Below, in pieces: positions 22,554-33,460 of a stretch of 64,000 bases of DNA (its first letter is position 1; every line of letters begins with the position of its first letter). The DNA is from an uncultured delta proteobacterium (GTDB taxonomy: Bacteria > Desulfobacterota > WTBG01 > CAIYCZ01), in NCBI GenBank assembly GCA_963803975.1, contig CAWDOY010000039.1, positions 30,911-94,910 on the forward strand. Direction: 5' to 3'. Below the pieces are notes generated by a model. The model ran no database searches. It was not told where the DNA came from and worked only from the letters and a program-made list of their open reading frames with translations. Made by a program: the position numbers and the translations under genes.

Positions 22554-22823
22554 TGCTTTTCTTGTGGATAGTTTCCCGGTTGCCTGGGCTTTTTTGAAAC
22601 AGGATTAATCCCTGCTGCATACTAACGGCATATATAATAATTATACGGGCGAGAGAGGGGGAGTCAAGGAGATAGTTGGAGGAAAGTGAAACGTGGCAGG
22701 TGTAACGTGAAAAAGGAAAAGCTGGAAGGTCTAAAAAACAGGCTTCAGGAGGCAGGGACTGTTGTCCCCGGTTCCTGAAGCCTGCGGACAGCACGATGCA
22801 AAAGGCTTTGTCGTGATGCGCTG

Positions 22824-24039
22824 CTATATCCTGGTTGCGGTTTCTTCAGAAACCGGGTGCTTCTCAACCCGCTGGAAGCGGTCAGGGATTTCGTAATCGA
22901 CGGTCTCCGGGTGATGCTCGAAGATCGGGAAATACCGGGCAATCAGGGCGAAGAAGAGGATATGGGCAGCAATGATGCCTACCGTTACCACCGACTCCAG
23001 AAAAGAAGGATAATAAGTCTGCTGGTTCTTCTGGATCATCCCGAACATGGAGACGTTGAAACGGTTCAGGATCAGGCCGAAGAAGACCACCATCGAGGCC
23101 GCGCGCAGCTGCAGCGCGCCATCGGTCCTGATGCGCTTGCCCATGAACAGTATCAGCGGCACTATGATGCCCAGCACTATCTCCGCCAGGAAAAGAACGG
23201 TGAGCACCGGCCGGTCAAAAAGCGGCCGCGCGCTCAGGAACGCCAGAGCATAGAGCTTCAGGCACAGGTAGATGGCCAAGGAACCAGGGGATGATCTTTG
23301 TCAGCGTCGCGAGCAGCTCGGTCTCATCCGGCTGCTTCAGGTAGCGGTGCACCAGGACGGCCTCCACGATAATTATGCACATGCCGGTGAAGACCGCTGA
23401 AATCCAGAACAGAAGCGGCAGAATCGGGCTGTACCAGAGGTTATGCAGCTTGTCCACGGCGATGAGGAAAAAGGTGCCGATGGTCGACTGATGCAGGGTG
23501 GCAATGGATGCCCCGAGCACGATAAGCGGCACCTCGATGGTGCGCAGCACGCGCAGCGGAACATGCAAGCCGAACTTTTCGCACACCGGGGAAAGAAACT
23601 CAAGCAGCGCGACCGTCGTGTAGGACATGACGCACAGCGCTACTTCAAACATCGGTGAGTGTAAATTAGGATAGGCGAACACGTGCCACCCCCGCTGCGG
23701 CTGCCCCAGGTCAAGCAGCAGGCCGATGCACACCAGCGAGTAGCCGAGAAATCCCGTGACAATGGCAGGCCGGATCAGCGGCTCCAGCTTTTTAATGTGA
23801 AAGCAGTGAACGATGGCCCCTAGCACAAAGGCCCCAGCTGCCAGGGGAACTGAGGTCACCACGTCAAAAGAGATCCAGAGCCCCCACGGGTAGGTGTCGC
23901 TCAGGTTCGTTGTAGCACCGAGACCAAAGATGAAGCGGGCAATACCGGCTGCTGCGCCAGCGCCGACGAGCAGTATGAGAAGTTTTAGAAACGGGTGGTA
24001 ATTATCTACCTCCTGTCTGATTCTTTGTAACGCGGTCAT
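22824..24039 (-). CDS. NrfD/HybB-type membrane anchor of the formate dehydrogenase (frameshift ~23280)
   Basis: GLGATTNLSD.YPWGLWISFDV, DLGQPQR, HSPMFEV, TLHQSTIG, GLILNRFNV. Confidence 0.9.
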
Positions 24040-24885
24040 GATCTGTCCTCCTTGTGCTCAGGGTGCGCCCCTTTTCCTGCTTCCGCCTCTTTGCGCAGCC
24101 GCTCCTTGCGGTGTGTCAGCCAGGAGATGAAAGAAAGAGTGCTGCCCATGGTGATAAAGACGGCCGGCACAAAGCGCAAAGCCGCCCAGGTGAAAGAGGG
24201 GAGCGGGCGCATGGTGACCTTTTTGAACCCGAGCTCATTAAAAGGCAGCGCCGACAGGTAGAGCACGCTGGTCCCGCCAGCCTCCTCCAGTCCGTAGATC
24301 CTGTTCACATATTTATCCGGCCTGGCGGCGAGACGCTGCTGAGCCTTCTCCACCATATCCTCGCGGCTGCCATAGCTGATGGCCGAGGGGCATGCTTTCG
24401 CGCAGGCCGGCATAAGTCCCTCTTTGACCCGGCTGTAGCAGCCCGTGCACTTCATGACCAGCGGGCAGGGCCTTGCTCCACTCGTATTTAGGGATGCCGA
24501 AGGGGCAGGCGATCATGCAGAAGCGGCAGCCGATGCAGCGCTCTGCATCATATACCACCGGGCCTTCCGGGGTCTTGATGAAGGCGCTGACCGGGCAGAC
24601 CGAGACGCAGGCAGGATCATTGCAGTGCATGCACATCTCCTTGTAGAAAGCGAACTCGTTCTGACCGTGCTTCTGATAGTCACGGAACTTGATGGTGGTC
24701 AGGGTGTGCTCCGATGTGGTCGGCGGGTTCTGGTAGCCCTCGCCCTTAAAAAAGCAGGTCTTTTCCGCCTCCAGCTGGTTCCACTGTTTGCAGGCCACCT
24801 GGCAGCCGCGACAGCCGGTGCAGCGGGTCAGGTCAATGAGAAAGGTCCGTTGCCGGAAAATATCCGTTGTCGTAGCAGCACTCAT
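24036..24885 (-). CDS. fdnH: formate dehydrogenase Fe-S subunit with C-terminal TM helix (frameshift ~24460)
   Basis: CTGCRGCQVAC, CMHC..PAC..VCP, CIGCRFCMIACP, KCTGC...PAC..ACP; ATGA-coupled to neighbours. Confidence 0.88.
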
Positions 24886-27800
24886 GCCTTGTTACCTCCT
24901 CTCTCTACTTTTTCTATATTACAGAGAAATGCCTTGTACTCGGGGATGTTTGAAACAGGGCTCTGCGCCTCCGAGGTGAGGACGTTGGCCGTGTCTCCCG
25001 TGGCCATGCCCGCGTAACCGAAGTGCCACGGCATCCCTACCTGCTCGATTGATTTGCCGTCCACCAGGAACGGTTTAAGGCGGGCGGTGACCAGGGCGTA
25101 TGCCTCGATGGAACCCCGCTGGTTGAAGACACGCACCCGGTCGCCGTTGCTGATACCCTGTGTCTCGGCCAGCGATTCGCTTATCTCCACGAACATATCC
25201 GGCACCAGCTCCACCAGCCACGGGCAGGCTGCGGGTCATGGAGCCGGTCTGCCAGTGCTCGGTCACCCGGTAGGTGGTTCCGATATAGGGGAATGCTTTG
25301 ATGTCAGATGCTGGTGTCCTTGGGGATCTTGACCATCGGGTTGTTCTGCACTTTGGAGAGCAGGTTTCTGGCCGGGCTCTCCATCGGTTCGTAGTGCTCG
25401 GGGAACGGCCCGTCCTTCATGGTGAGGGCATAGAGGCGCCCCACGTCCTTCGGCAATCATGATGAACGGGGAGGTGCCCTTCTCGTCTTCCATCGGCGGG
25501 GTGCCGCCATCAGGCACATCCCCTTCCCATTTTTTCTCCGCCGGGTTCCAGGCGATTACCGGGCGCTTCGGGTTAAAGGGCTGCCCGGCCGTGATTGACC
25601 GAGGCGCGGTTATAGATGATGCGCCGGTTGACCGGCCAGGACCAGGCCCACTTCGGGATACATGCCAAGACCATTGGGCAGGTCAGCCGGGTCGCGGCGG
25701 GCCATCATGTTTCCCTTGCCGGTGTAGGAGCCGCAGTAGATCCAGCAGCCGGACGCGGTGGAGCCGTCGTCCTGCAGGGACGGCAAATGCCGGCACCTGC
25801 TCGCCGGCCTTGTAATTCAACGGTCTTGTCTTTATCTTTTACGCTGGTGTCCCGCGTGAAGTAGCCGTTTATCTCGCGGGCCACCTGGTGCACGTCCGGC
25901 TCGTGGCCGGTGCCGTAGTCCCAGGCCAGCTTGGTGATCGGCTCGGGAACCTGCCCGCCTTCTTTTTCATAGAGGCTTTTGAGCCGCTTGTGAAACTGGT
26001 CAATGATCCAGAGGTCGCTCTTGGCCTCTCCCGGCGGCTCTACCGCCTTGTAGCGCCACTGGGCCCAGCGGCCGGAGTTGGAGATGCTGCCCTCTTTTTC
26101 CATCGACGCGGCAGCCGGCAGCATGAAAACCTCGGTCTGGATTTCCCGGGGGTTCACGCCGGGGCGTTTCCAGAAGATGGAGGTTTCCGTTTCCCACAGA
26201 TCGACCGTTACCAGCCACTTCAGCTTGCCGAGGCCTTTGCGCGCATGGTGGGAATTCGGCCCGCCCACAGCCGGGTTCATCCCCATGCAGATCATCCCTT
26301 CCAGCCCGCCCTTGCAGGACATTGTTGCGGATCTGCAGGTAGGAATAGTTGCCGCTTCGTTTCGGCAGGTAGTCATAACAGAAGTCGTTTTCAGCAGTGG
26401 CCTGCTCGCCCCACCAGGCCTTGAGCAGGCTGGTCATGTATTTGTCGCCGTTCTGCCACCAGTTGGCGCTTTTGGGCTCGCTGGTCTTTGGGGAATATTT
26501 TGCCGATGTAGGCGTTGCGGTCGACGTCGCTGTACTCAGGCGATGGCAGGTAGCCGGGCAGCACGTGGAAGAGCAGGCCGTAGTCGGTCGAGCCCTGGAC
26601 ATTGGACTCGCCGCGCAGGGCATTGACGCCGCCGCCCGGCGATGCCCATGTTGCCGAGCAGCATCTGCAGCATGGCCACGGCGCGCACGTTCTGGGTGCC
26701 GTGGGTCGACTGGGTGATCCCCATGGCGTAGAGGATGGTCCCTGCCCGGTCGGGCCGGCCGGTGCTGCAGAAGGCTGCCGCAACCTTGAGGTAGTCGTCT
26801 TTTTTCGTCCCGGTAATGTTGCAGACCATGTCCGCGTCATAGCGGGAATAATGTTTTTTCAGCAGCTGGAAGACGCAGCGCGGGTCCTGCAGCGTCGGGT
26901 CGCGGCGCGCCTTGCCCGGTCGCATCCGTGTCGTAGGCCCAGGCTTTCATGTCGTAGGCCTTCAGCATTTCATCCCATTCGCCGAACATGCCTTCCTCAA
27001 AGCCGTACTTGTCACCGACGATGAACGCCGCATTGGTATAGTCGCGGACATACTCGGCGTGGATGAGGTTGTTCTGCAGGGCGTAATTGATCAGCCCTCC
27101 CAGAAAGGCGATGTCCGTGCCGGGCCGGATCTGGGCATAGATGTCTGCCTTGGATGCGGTCCGGGTAAAGCGGGGATCGACGGCGATGAGCTTCGCTCCG
27201 TTCTCCAGTGCCGCCTCGATCCATTTAAAGGATATGGGGTGGTTCTCGGCCGGGTTGCAGCCGATGGCCATGATACAATCGCTGTTTTTCAGGTCGTTCC
27301 AGTGATTCGTCATTGCACCGCGTCCGAAAGAGGCCGCAAGACCTGCGACCGTGGACGGAGTGTCAAAGACGCGCCTGGTGCTCGAGGGCGACAATCCCCG
27401 TGGAGCGGGAAAATTTACTGAGCAGGTAGCACTCCTCGTTGTCCAGCCCGGCCCCGCCCAGCATGGTTATCCCTTCGGTGCGGTTGACCGTGTACTGTTT
27501 GCCGTCCTTCTTGTTGACCTCGCGTGGCCTTGAAGGTCCGGTCGCGGGTTTCCTTCATCAGCCGGGCGATCCGGTCCAGGGCCCAGTCCCAGGACTTTTC
27601 CTCCCAGTGGTCTTCCCCGGGGGCGCGGTACATGTACCTTCTGCAGCCGACGCTCATTGTTCGCCACCTGAAACACTGCCTCTCCTTTGGAGCAGAGCGA
27701 GCCCTGGTTGATCGGATGCAGATCATCCCCCTCGATGTTGACGATCTTGCCGTCCTTGACGGAAACAACCATGCCGCAGCCGACCGCGCAGAACGGGCAG

Positions 27801-27937
27801 ATCGTGGTTGTTGTCTTGAGGCCCTTGGTCCGGAGTTCAGGCGAGTTATAGCCGGCCGCAGCCGGTTTCCCGGTGATTGCCAGTCCTGCTGTCGCGAGGC
27901 CGCCCCGGGTCAGAAATTGTCTTCTCGATATCCGCAT
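24882..27937 (-). CDS. fdnG: selenocysteine-containing formate dehydrogenase alpha subunit, Tat-exported (many frameshifts)
   Basis: SRRQFL Tat motif, CPFCAVGC, EHQARL-UGA-HS, FGRGAMTNHW, LRGESNVQG, EHWQTG, PEYKAFLC. Confidence 0.95.
27331..27365 (-). promoter_or_regulatory. Sec codon (UGA 27363-27365) and bacterial SECIS hairpin of fdnG
   Basis: Minus strand TGA CACTCCGTCCAC GGTCGCA-GGTCT-TGCGGCC; the stem-loop resembles the E. coli fdhF SECIS. Confidence 0.88.
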
Positions 27938-28819
27938 GTCGATTCCTCCTTGCGCATCCAGTAGCCTTTCAGCGAGCGTTTACCGGAATGTGCCGAAAAA
28001 TCCCTCACCCTGCAGCGGGGACACATCGGCACGAAGTTTATTGTTTATCCATGTCTCCTGTCCCTTCCGGGCAGACAGTGTTGCGAGACATGATAGCGTT
28101 TAACATTAACCGCAGGGAACTCAGGAAGCATATACGCCGGAGAGTTCAGGTGTTGAAAAGGGAATGGTCTGTTGACTCCGGAACCAAATGAGCTGTGCGG
28201 TTACAAGAATTCCATTTTTTTACGGATTGGGGATATACCGGCGTGACAGATGAATAGCCGGGAAGTATGTGCGGCAACGGGGTGGCAGGTTGATTAAGAG
28301 AGTGTCCGTTATTAAGGATATAACTACGTGACACGGGAGAAGCTGGGGAAATTCAGCTTACCCTACTGATTAACAGCGACCCTACAAGCGCTCCTCAGAA
28401 ATCATTACATAAAATCCAGTCACAAAATTCCGCCCCGGTCCCGGCATCAATCCATGTGTCGCCAGCGAAAAAATCCGAATGTTGCTCCAGTCAAGTGTTC
28501 GTTCAGTAGAATCAGTATGAGTCGCAGTGCATCATTGCCTGTCTCCGGGCACGGGAATGCGGTAAGAAATCCTGTGTGTCGGTATGCTCCCCGGAGATGG
28601 CATGCAATGGTCATAGCGGATACTATAAAAATGAGTATACTCCTTTTTTATTATATAAGCAATCAGTATCAGCACCGGCTCAGATAAAAATTAATACCGA
28701 TTGTAATGGAAAAAGCGTATGTGGTATGTAAAATTTCTGGCAGATTTTTCCCCTGGCGTTAAAAAAACCTTTCTCTAACCATAAACCGCACTATTTATTT
28801 GCAGGAAAGAATCGCCGCC

Positions 28820-30824
28820 ATGAATACACTCTACGGATGGACCGGGAAGCTGCTGCAGGCAGATCTGACAGCAGCGGAAATGCACGGAGCGGAACACGCT
28901 TGATTATGCAGAGCGCTTCATCGGCGGGAAAGGCATTGCCGCAAAAATTTACTGGGACAGCATGGCGCCGCAGCGCGATGCCTTTCATCCTGACAGCCCG
29001 CTTATTATAATGACCGGACCGCTTGCCGCAACTGCCGCTCCGGCTGCCTCGCGCTGGCTGGTGGCCGGAAAATCCCCCTCGCTCTACCCGGAGAACTTTG
29101 CCTGCGCGCATCTGGGCGGTTTTTTCGGCGCGGCCCTGAAAAAGGCAGGCTATGACGGCCTCATCATCCAGGGCAGAGCCGCAGGCAGGGTCTATCTCAG
29201 CCTGGACAATGAAAAAGTCGAAATCAAAGAGGCGCGCCATCTGTGGGGCCTGACCACCCGGAAAACAATGGAAGCCATACGGCGTGAACTGGGAGAACGG
29301 GTCAGGATCCTTACCACCGGCCCGGCAGGAGAGAACCTGGTCAGGTTTGCGACCGTGGCCACGGATGCCGGAGGCAGCGGCTCAGCAGGGTTCGGCGCGG
29401 TCATGGGCGCGAAAAATTTAAAAGCCGTGGCCGTGCGGGGGAGCAGCATAATACCGGCGGCAGATCCGGAGTCTTTGAAAGCAATCAGGCAGAAGATAAA
29501 AAAGATGACCGGAGAGGGCTACTTCAACCTCTACGGCAATCCCACCCCCATTTCCGAAGCAGAGATTATAAAGCCGGTGCGCTGTCACGGCTGCCCGCAG
29601 GGGTGCTGGCGCTCGCTGTACCGGACAGCCTCAGGAGAAGAGGGCGTCAGAAAATGCCAGTCCACTTTTTTCTATTCCCTGTGGGACAAAAAACTGCACG
29701 AGGACCTGACCGCGGCGTCCTTTCACGCTACGGCGCTTGCCAATGACTACTCGCTGTGCAGCATGGAACTCCCGGGGCTTCTTATCTGGCTGGAGCAGTG
29801 CATTGCAAAAGGCATCATCACGGAAAAGGAAACGGAGCTTTCCCTGGCAGAGGCAGGAAGCGTCGAATTTATTGAGGCCCTGGTTAAAAAAATAGCTGCG
29901 CGGCAAGGGTTCGGGAATGTTCTTGCCGAGGGCGTGATGCGGGCGGCAGATGCTGTCGGCAGGGGCGCGAAAGAGCTGGCGCTCGATCATTTCACCCAAT
30001 CAGGCCGGGGCATTGCCTACGGGCCGAAGATTTTTTCGCCGTCGGCGCTTATTTTTGCGACCGAGCCGCGGCCCTCTGTTACCGAGCTGCATGAAATATG
30101 CGAGCCGCTCATAAAATGGGCCCTCTGGTATACAACGGAAGGGACCTTTTCCTATGTATCTACAGAGTTGCTGAGGAAGATCGCTGAGCGCTTCTGGGGG
30201 AGCGCTGAAGCGGTGGACTTTTCAACCTACGCCGGCAAGGCGCTGGCTGCCGCAAAAATCCAGAACCGGCAGCATGCCAAGGATTCTCTCATCCTCTGTG
30301 ACTTTGCCTATCCCCTCTATGATGACGCAAGCTCTGAAGATCATGTTGGTGACCCGGCACTGGAGAGCCGCCTGTTCACTGCTGTTACCGGGATAGCGAT
30401 GGACGAGAGCATGCTTGAGCGGGCAGGAGAGAGAATTTTCAATTTAATCCGGGCAATCCTTCTGCGGGAGGGGCGAAAGGGCCGGGAGGATGACTATGTG
30501 CCGGAAAGCCAGTATATAGAGCGGGAGGAGCCGGTTTATGACGCGTTCGGCATGTTCAACCCTGATCTCTTTCTTCCCGGCAGCGGGGACGAGGTTATTT
30601 CAGTGAAGGGAAAAGCTCTCAAGCGGGAGGGATTTGCCCGGATGCTCAATGAATATTACGGAATTCGCGGGTGGGATGCCGCGACCGGCTTTTTCAAAAA
30701 GAAAACGCTGGAGGAGCTTGATCTTGCGGACCTGATTGAACCGTTAGCGGGAAAGGTAGGGAAAGTGAAATGGGAAAAGGCACAGAGGCATAAGGCAAAA
30801 AGTAAAGTGCTGAGTGCTGAGTAG
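28820..30824 (+). CDS. aldehyde:ferredoxin oxidoreductase (W/Mo AOR family; frameshift near the N-terminus)
   Basis: ATG 28820 MNTLYGWTGKLLQADL; GKSP, LKKAGYDGL, GPAGENLV, GFGAVMGAKNLKA, CHGCPQGC, DSLILC, EYY..RGWD. Confidence 0.92.
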
Positions 30825-30839
30825 CGAGCGATGAGTGGG
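30761..30839 (+). repeat. modular purine-rich repeat (AAAGGCACAGAGGCA...AAAGTAAAGTGCTGAG...AGCGAGCGATGAGTGGG)
   Basis: Related copies at 5816-5990 (minus strand), 31660-31710 and 11450-11515; a 17-nt block is identical between 30823-30839 and the reverse complement of 5816-5832. Confidence 0.8.
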
Positions 30840-31012
30840 TAATTGGTTACCAGTGGTCCGTGGCACGTAATTGAGAAAATTAAAACGTGGCAGACGAGAA
30901 GGCACAATGCATTCAAAGCTGAAAGCTGACCGCTGATGGCTTGTAAACGAATTTTTATTTTCGCTGTTTCCTTTGCTAAGCTTAAAGCAGTACCGACAAG
31001 AGAAGTGCGGCC

Positions 31013-31622
31013 ATGAAAAAAAAGAGCGCCCTGCTGATTGTTGACGTGCAGAATGATTTCTGCCCGAACGGATACACTGGCAGTTCCGGAGGGGGATGCC
31101 ATAATTCCGGTCCTGAATAAATATATAAAAATCTTCTCTGCCGGCAAGCTGCCGATTTTCGCCTCCCGCGACTGGCACCCGAAAAAGACCTCCCACTTTA
31201 AGGATTTTGGCGGGCCGTGGCCGGAGCACTGCGTCCAGGACAGCCACGGCGCCCGTTTCCATCCAATGCTGCGGCTGCCTGAAAGCGCCATCATCCTGTC
31301 CAAGGGCATGGACCCGGAGACAGACAGCTATTCAGCGTTTCAGGCTGTTGACGCAAAGGGAAATGATTTCGCGCAGTTGCTGAAAACATTTTCCATTAAA
31401 GAACTTTTTGTGGGCGGGCTGGCAACTGACTATTGCGTGCGCTGGACCGTGCTTGACGCCCTGAAATTCGGGCTCAGGGTCTTCCTGCTCATGGACGCGA
31501 TAAAGGGCGTGAACCTGCGGGAAAAAGACTCAGAGTCAGCGGTAGAGGAGATGGTGAGCCTGGGGGCGAAAAAGATTACGATTGAGAAATTGTCCCGGAT
31601 GTTCGCCGGGGAAAGAGGTTAG
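31013..31622 (+). CDS. pncA: nicotinamidase/pyrazinamidase (frameshift ~31070)
   Basis: MKKKSALLIVDVQNDFCP from ATG 31013; SRDWHP, WPEHCVQ, SKG...DSYSAF, GLATDYCV. Confidence 0.92.
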
Positions 31623-31799
31623 GGCTGTGAAACGTGGGATTCGAAGTGGGAGAATAGGGGAAAGGCGAACAGGCACAGAGGCAATAAGGCACAAAGTAAA
31701 GTGCTGACAGATGATCGCTTCTTTACTCCGAACTCGTTACTCAGTACTCAGCACTACTCAGGCGGCTGACCGCTGACAGCTTATGGCTAATCAGCAGTC

Positions 31800-32346
31800 C
31801 TACCAGCCGCGCACCCGGCCGGTATCGATGTGGACAAAGTCCGGGTACTTCCCCACTCCGCCGGCCGCTAAGGCGCTTTGCCGTGCGGGAGATATCCCTG
31901 GTGCGGATACCCGGGATGGAAAAATCTACGGCCAGGCCCTGCAGGTGAAGACTTTCTTTTGCCACGCAGTGGCCGGTGCAGCGCAGGTATTCGTTGTATT
32001 TGCGCGAGCGAAAGCCAGAAATTATTTTCACTTCCCTTGAGGAGCCGAACCGGTCCTTAATTCTGCAGAGCAGGTTTATTACATCAGGGTCTATGGGTTT
32101 TATTTCATTGGTGTAATGGCAGCGCAGGAAATAGTTGATTCTTTCCAAGTCATCTTCCCGCCAGATACCCTTGGCGCTATAACGCAGGCTGAGATGCTCT
32201 CCGGTGTTGATGTTGTCAAGCCTGAGTGCCCGAACTTTGGATTTGGCAAGAGCAGCAAGCACGCTCTGTGAGGAGAGCACCTGCTCAGCGATACATAGCC
32301 CTGTTGCGGCAAAGAAGGTCTTTAAAAAATCTCTTCGCGAGGTCAT
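31800..32346 (-). CDS. Tat-exported YcbK/MepK-like M15 peptidase (DUF882; frameshift ~31870)
   Basis: SRRDFLK, ISGFRS, SLHLQGLAVD; the shifted frame ends GGVGKYPDFVHIDTGRVRGW. Confidence 0.9.
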
Positions 32347-33218
32347 AGCGTAACATCCTCCGCAATGCCTGATTTTTCATCAACAATACTGTTTATTTTG
32401 TTCCAGTCAACCTTATCAGAGAGGCAGCATTTTTCGATGTGCTTCATCACTTCCCCGGGAAGGGATTGCATTCTTTTGTAAATATCCCGGTGCACCTCAA
32501 GAAAAACCCGGCCTTCACTGCTTTGCGCGAGTTTGACCGGCTCATAGATAATTTCTCCCCTGGTGCCGACCGCAACCAGAGGGAAGAACTTTTCTATGTG
32601 CTCGGGCAGCATCCTGATACAGCCGTGGCTGCGCCACTGGTGCACAGTGGTGGGCCAGATGGTTGCATGGATCATGATGTCAGCCAGAGAGGTTTTGAAC
32701 GCATATCTGCCCAGGGGATTGTCCGGCCCCGGCTCCACGAACGTTTTAACCGGCAGGCCGTTCATCTCCATTTCTTCCTGAATTGACACGGGCACATGCC
32801 AGGTAGGGTCCTTTGCCTTGGCGGTGATGGTAAACCTGCCCAGCGGCGTTCGCCATTTTAAATCAGACTTTCCCATCCCGACCGGCAACGTGGTAAGCTT
32901 GCCAGCCTTGAAAAAATAGAGCATCCCTTCGGGGATATTGATAATAATTCCGTCTGCCAAAGACTTAGGCACGATCCGCCGGGTGTTGACCATCAGCTGG
33001 GTACCGATTTTGAGCCACGCAGCAGTGTCGAGCTGGTTCTCTTTTGCGATATTCTGCCAGTTGACCCCGAGCTTTGCCCCGATGCTGATGAGGCAGTCAC
33101 CCTGCTGCACCACGTAGCTGGTATCGCCGCCGATAATCATGTTTGCAAAAGAGATGCCGGGTGCCAGGATAATAAGAAGAAACAGCAGACGGAAAAGAAA
33201 AGCGGATGAATAGTTCAC
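32343..33218 (-). CDS. LysM-domain L,D-transpeptidase (ErfK/YbiS family)
   Basis: YVVQQGD LysM, IIINIPE, TPLG.F, PGPDNPLG, IHAT...SHGCIRM. Confidence 0.93.
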   Translation of the reverse strand: MNYSSAFLFRLLFLLIILAPGISFANMIIGGDTSYVVQQGDCLISIGAKLGVNWQNIAKENQLDTAAWLKIGTQLMVNTRRIVPKSLADGIIINIPEGMLYFFKAGKLTTLPVGMGKSDLKWRTPLGRFTITAKAKDPTWHVPVSIQEEMEMNGLPVKTFVEPGPDNPLGRYAFKTSLADIMIHATIWPTTVHQWRSHGCIRMLPEHIEKFFPLVAVGTRGEIIYEPVKLAQSSEGRVFLEVHRDIYKRMQSLPGEVMKHIEKCCLSDKVDWNKINSIVDEKSGIAEDVTL

Positions 33219-33321
33219 GGTTCGGTGTCATCCAATTCAGTAAAGCACAGCATGCATGGCGATAATGGTAACAGCAGAGCCTAAAAGCCGCAGGAAGCAG
33301 CGTCTCATTTTTTTCAGGGGC

Positions 33322-33350
33322 AGTATAAAAAAAAGCAGCTCTCGTGTCAA
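33322..33350 (-). promoter_or_regulatory. sigma70 promoter of the L,D-transpeptidase/M15 operon
   Basis: Minus strand TTGACA-17 nt-TATACT. Confidence 0.65.
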
Positions 33351-33460
33351 CATGTGTATTGTATTTAAAATGAAAAATCTACTGGGGTGCGCTGCTGTTT
33401 ACGCAGGCACCGTATTGCTTATTTAAGATGCCCCCGGGATATTGCGCCTTGTTGTATTTT

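Noticed and set aside
24882..27937. Programmed frameshifting or pseudogenisation of fdnG
   Set aside because: Many scattered indels without slippery-site signatures and with intact catalytic motifs fit sequencing error better.
28146..28800. Small ORFs and sigma54 promoters between fdnG and AOR
   Set aside because: The ORFs lack RBS or recognisable motifs, and the TGGCA-like sites do not show correct GG-N10-GC consensus.
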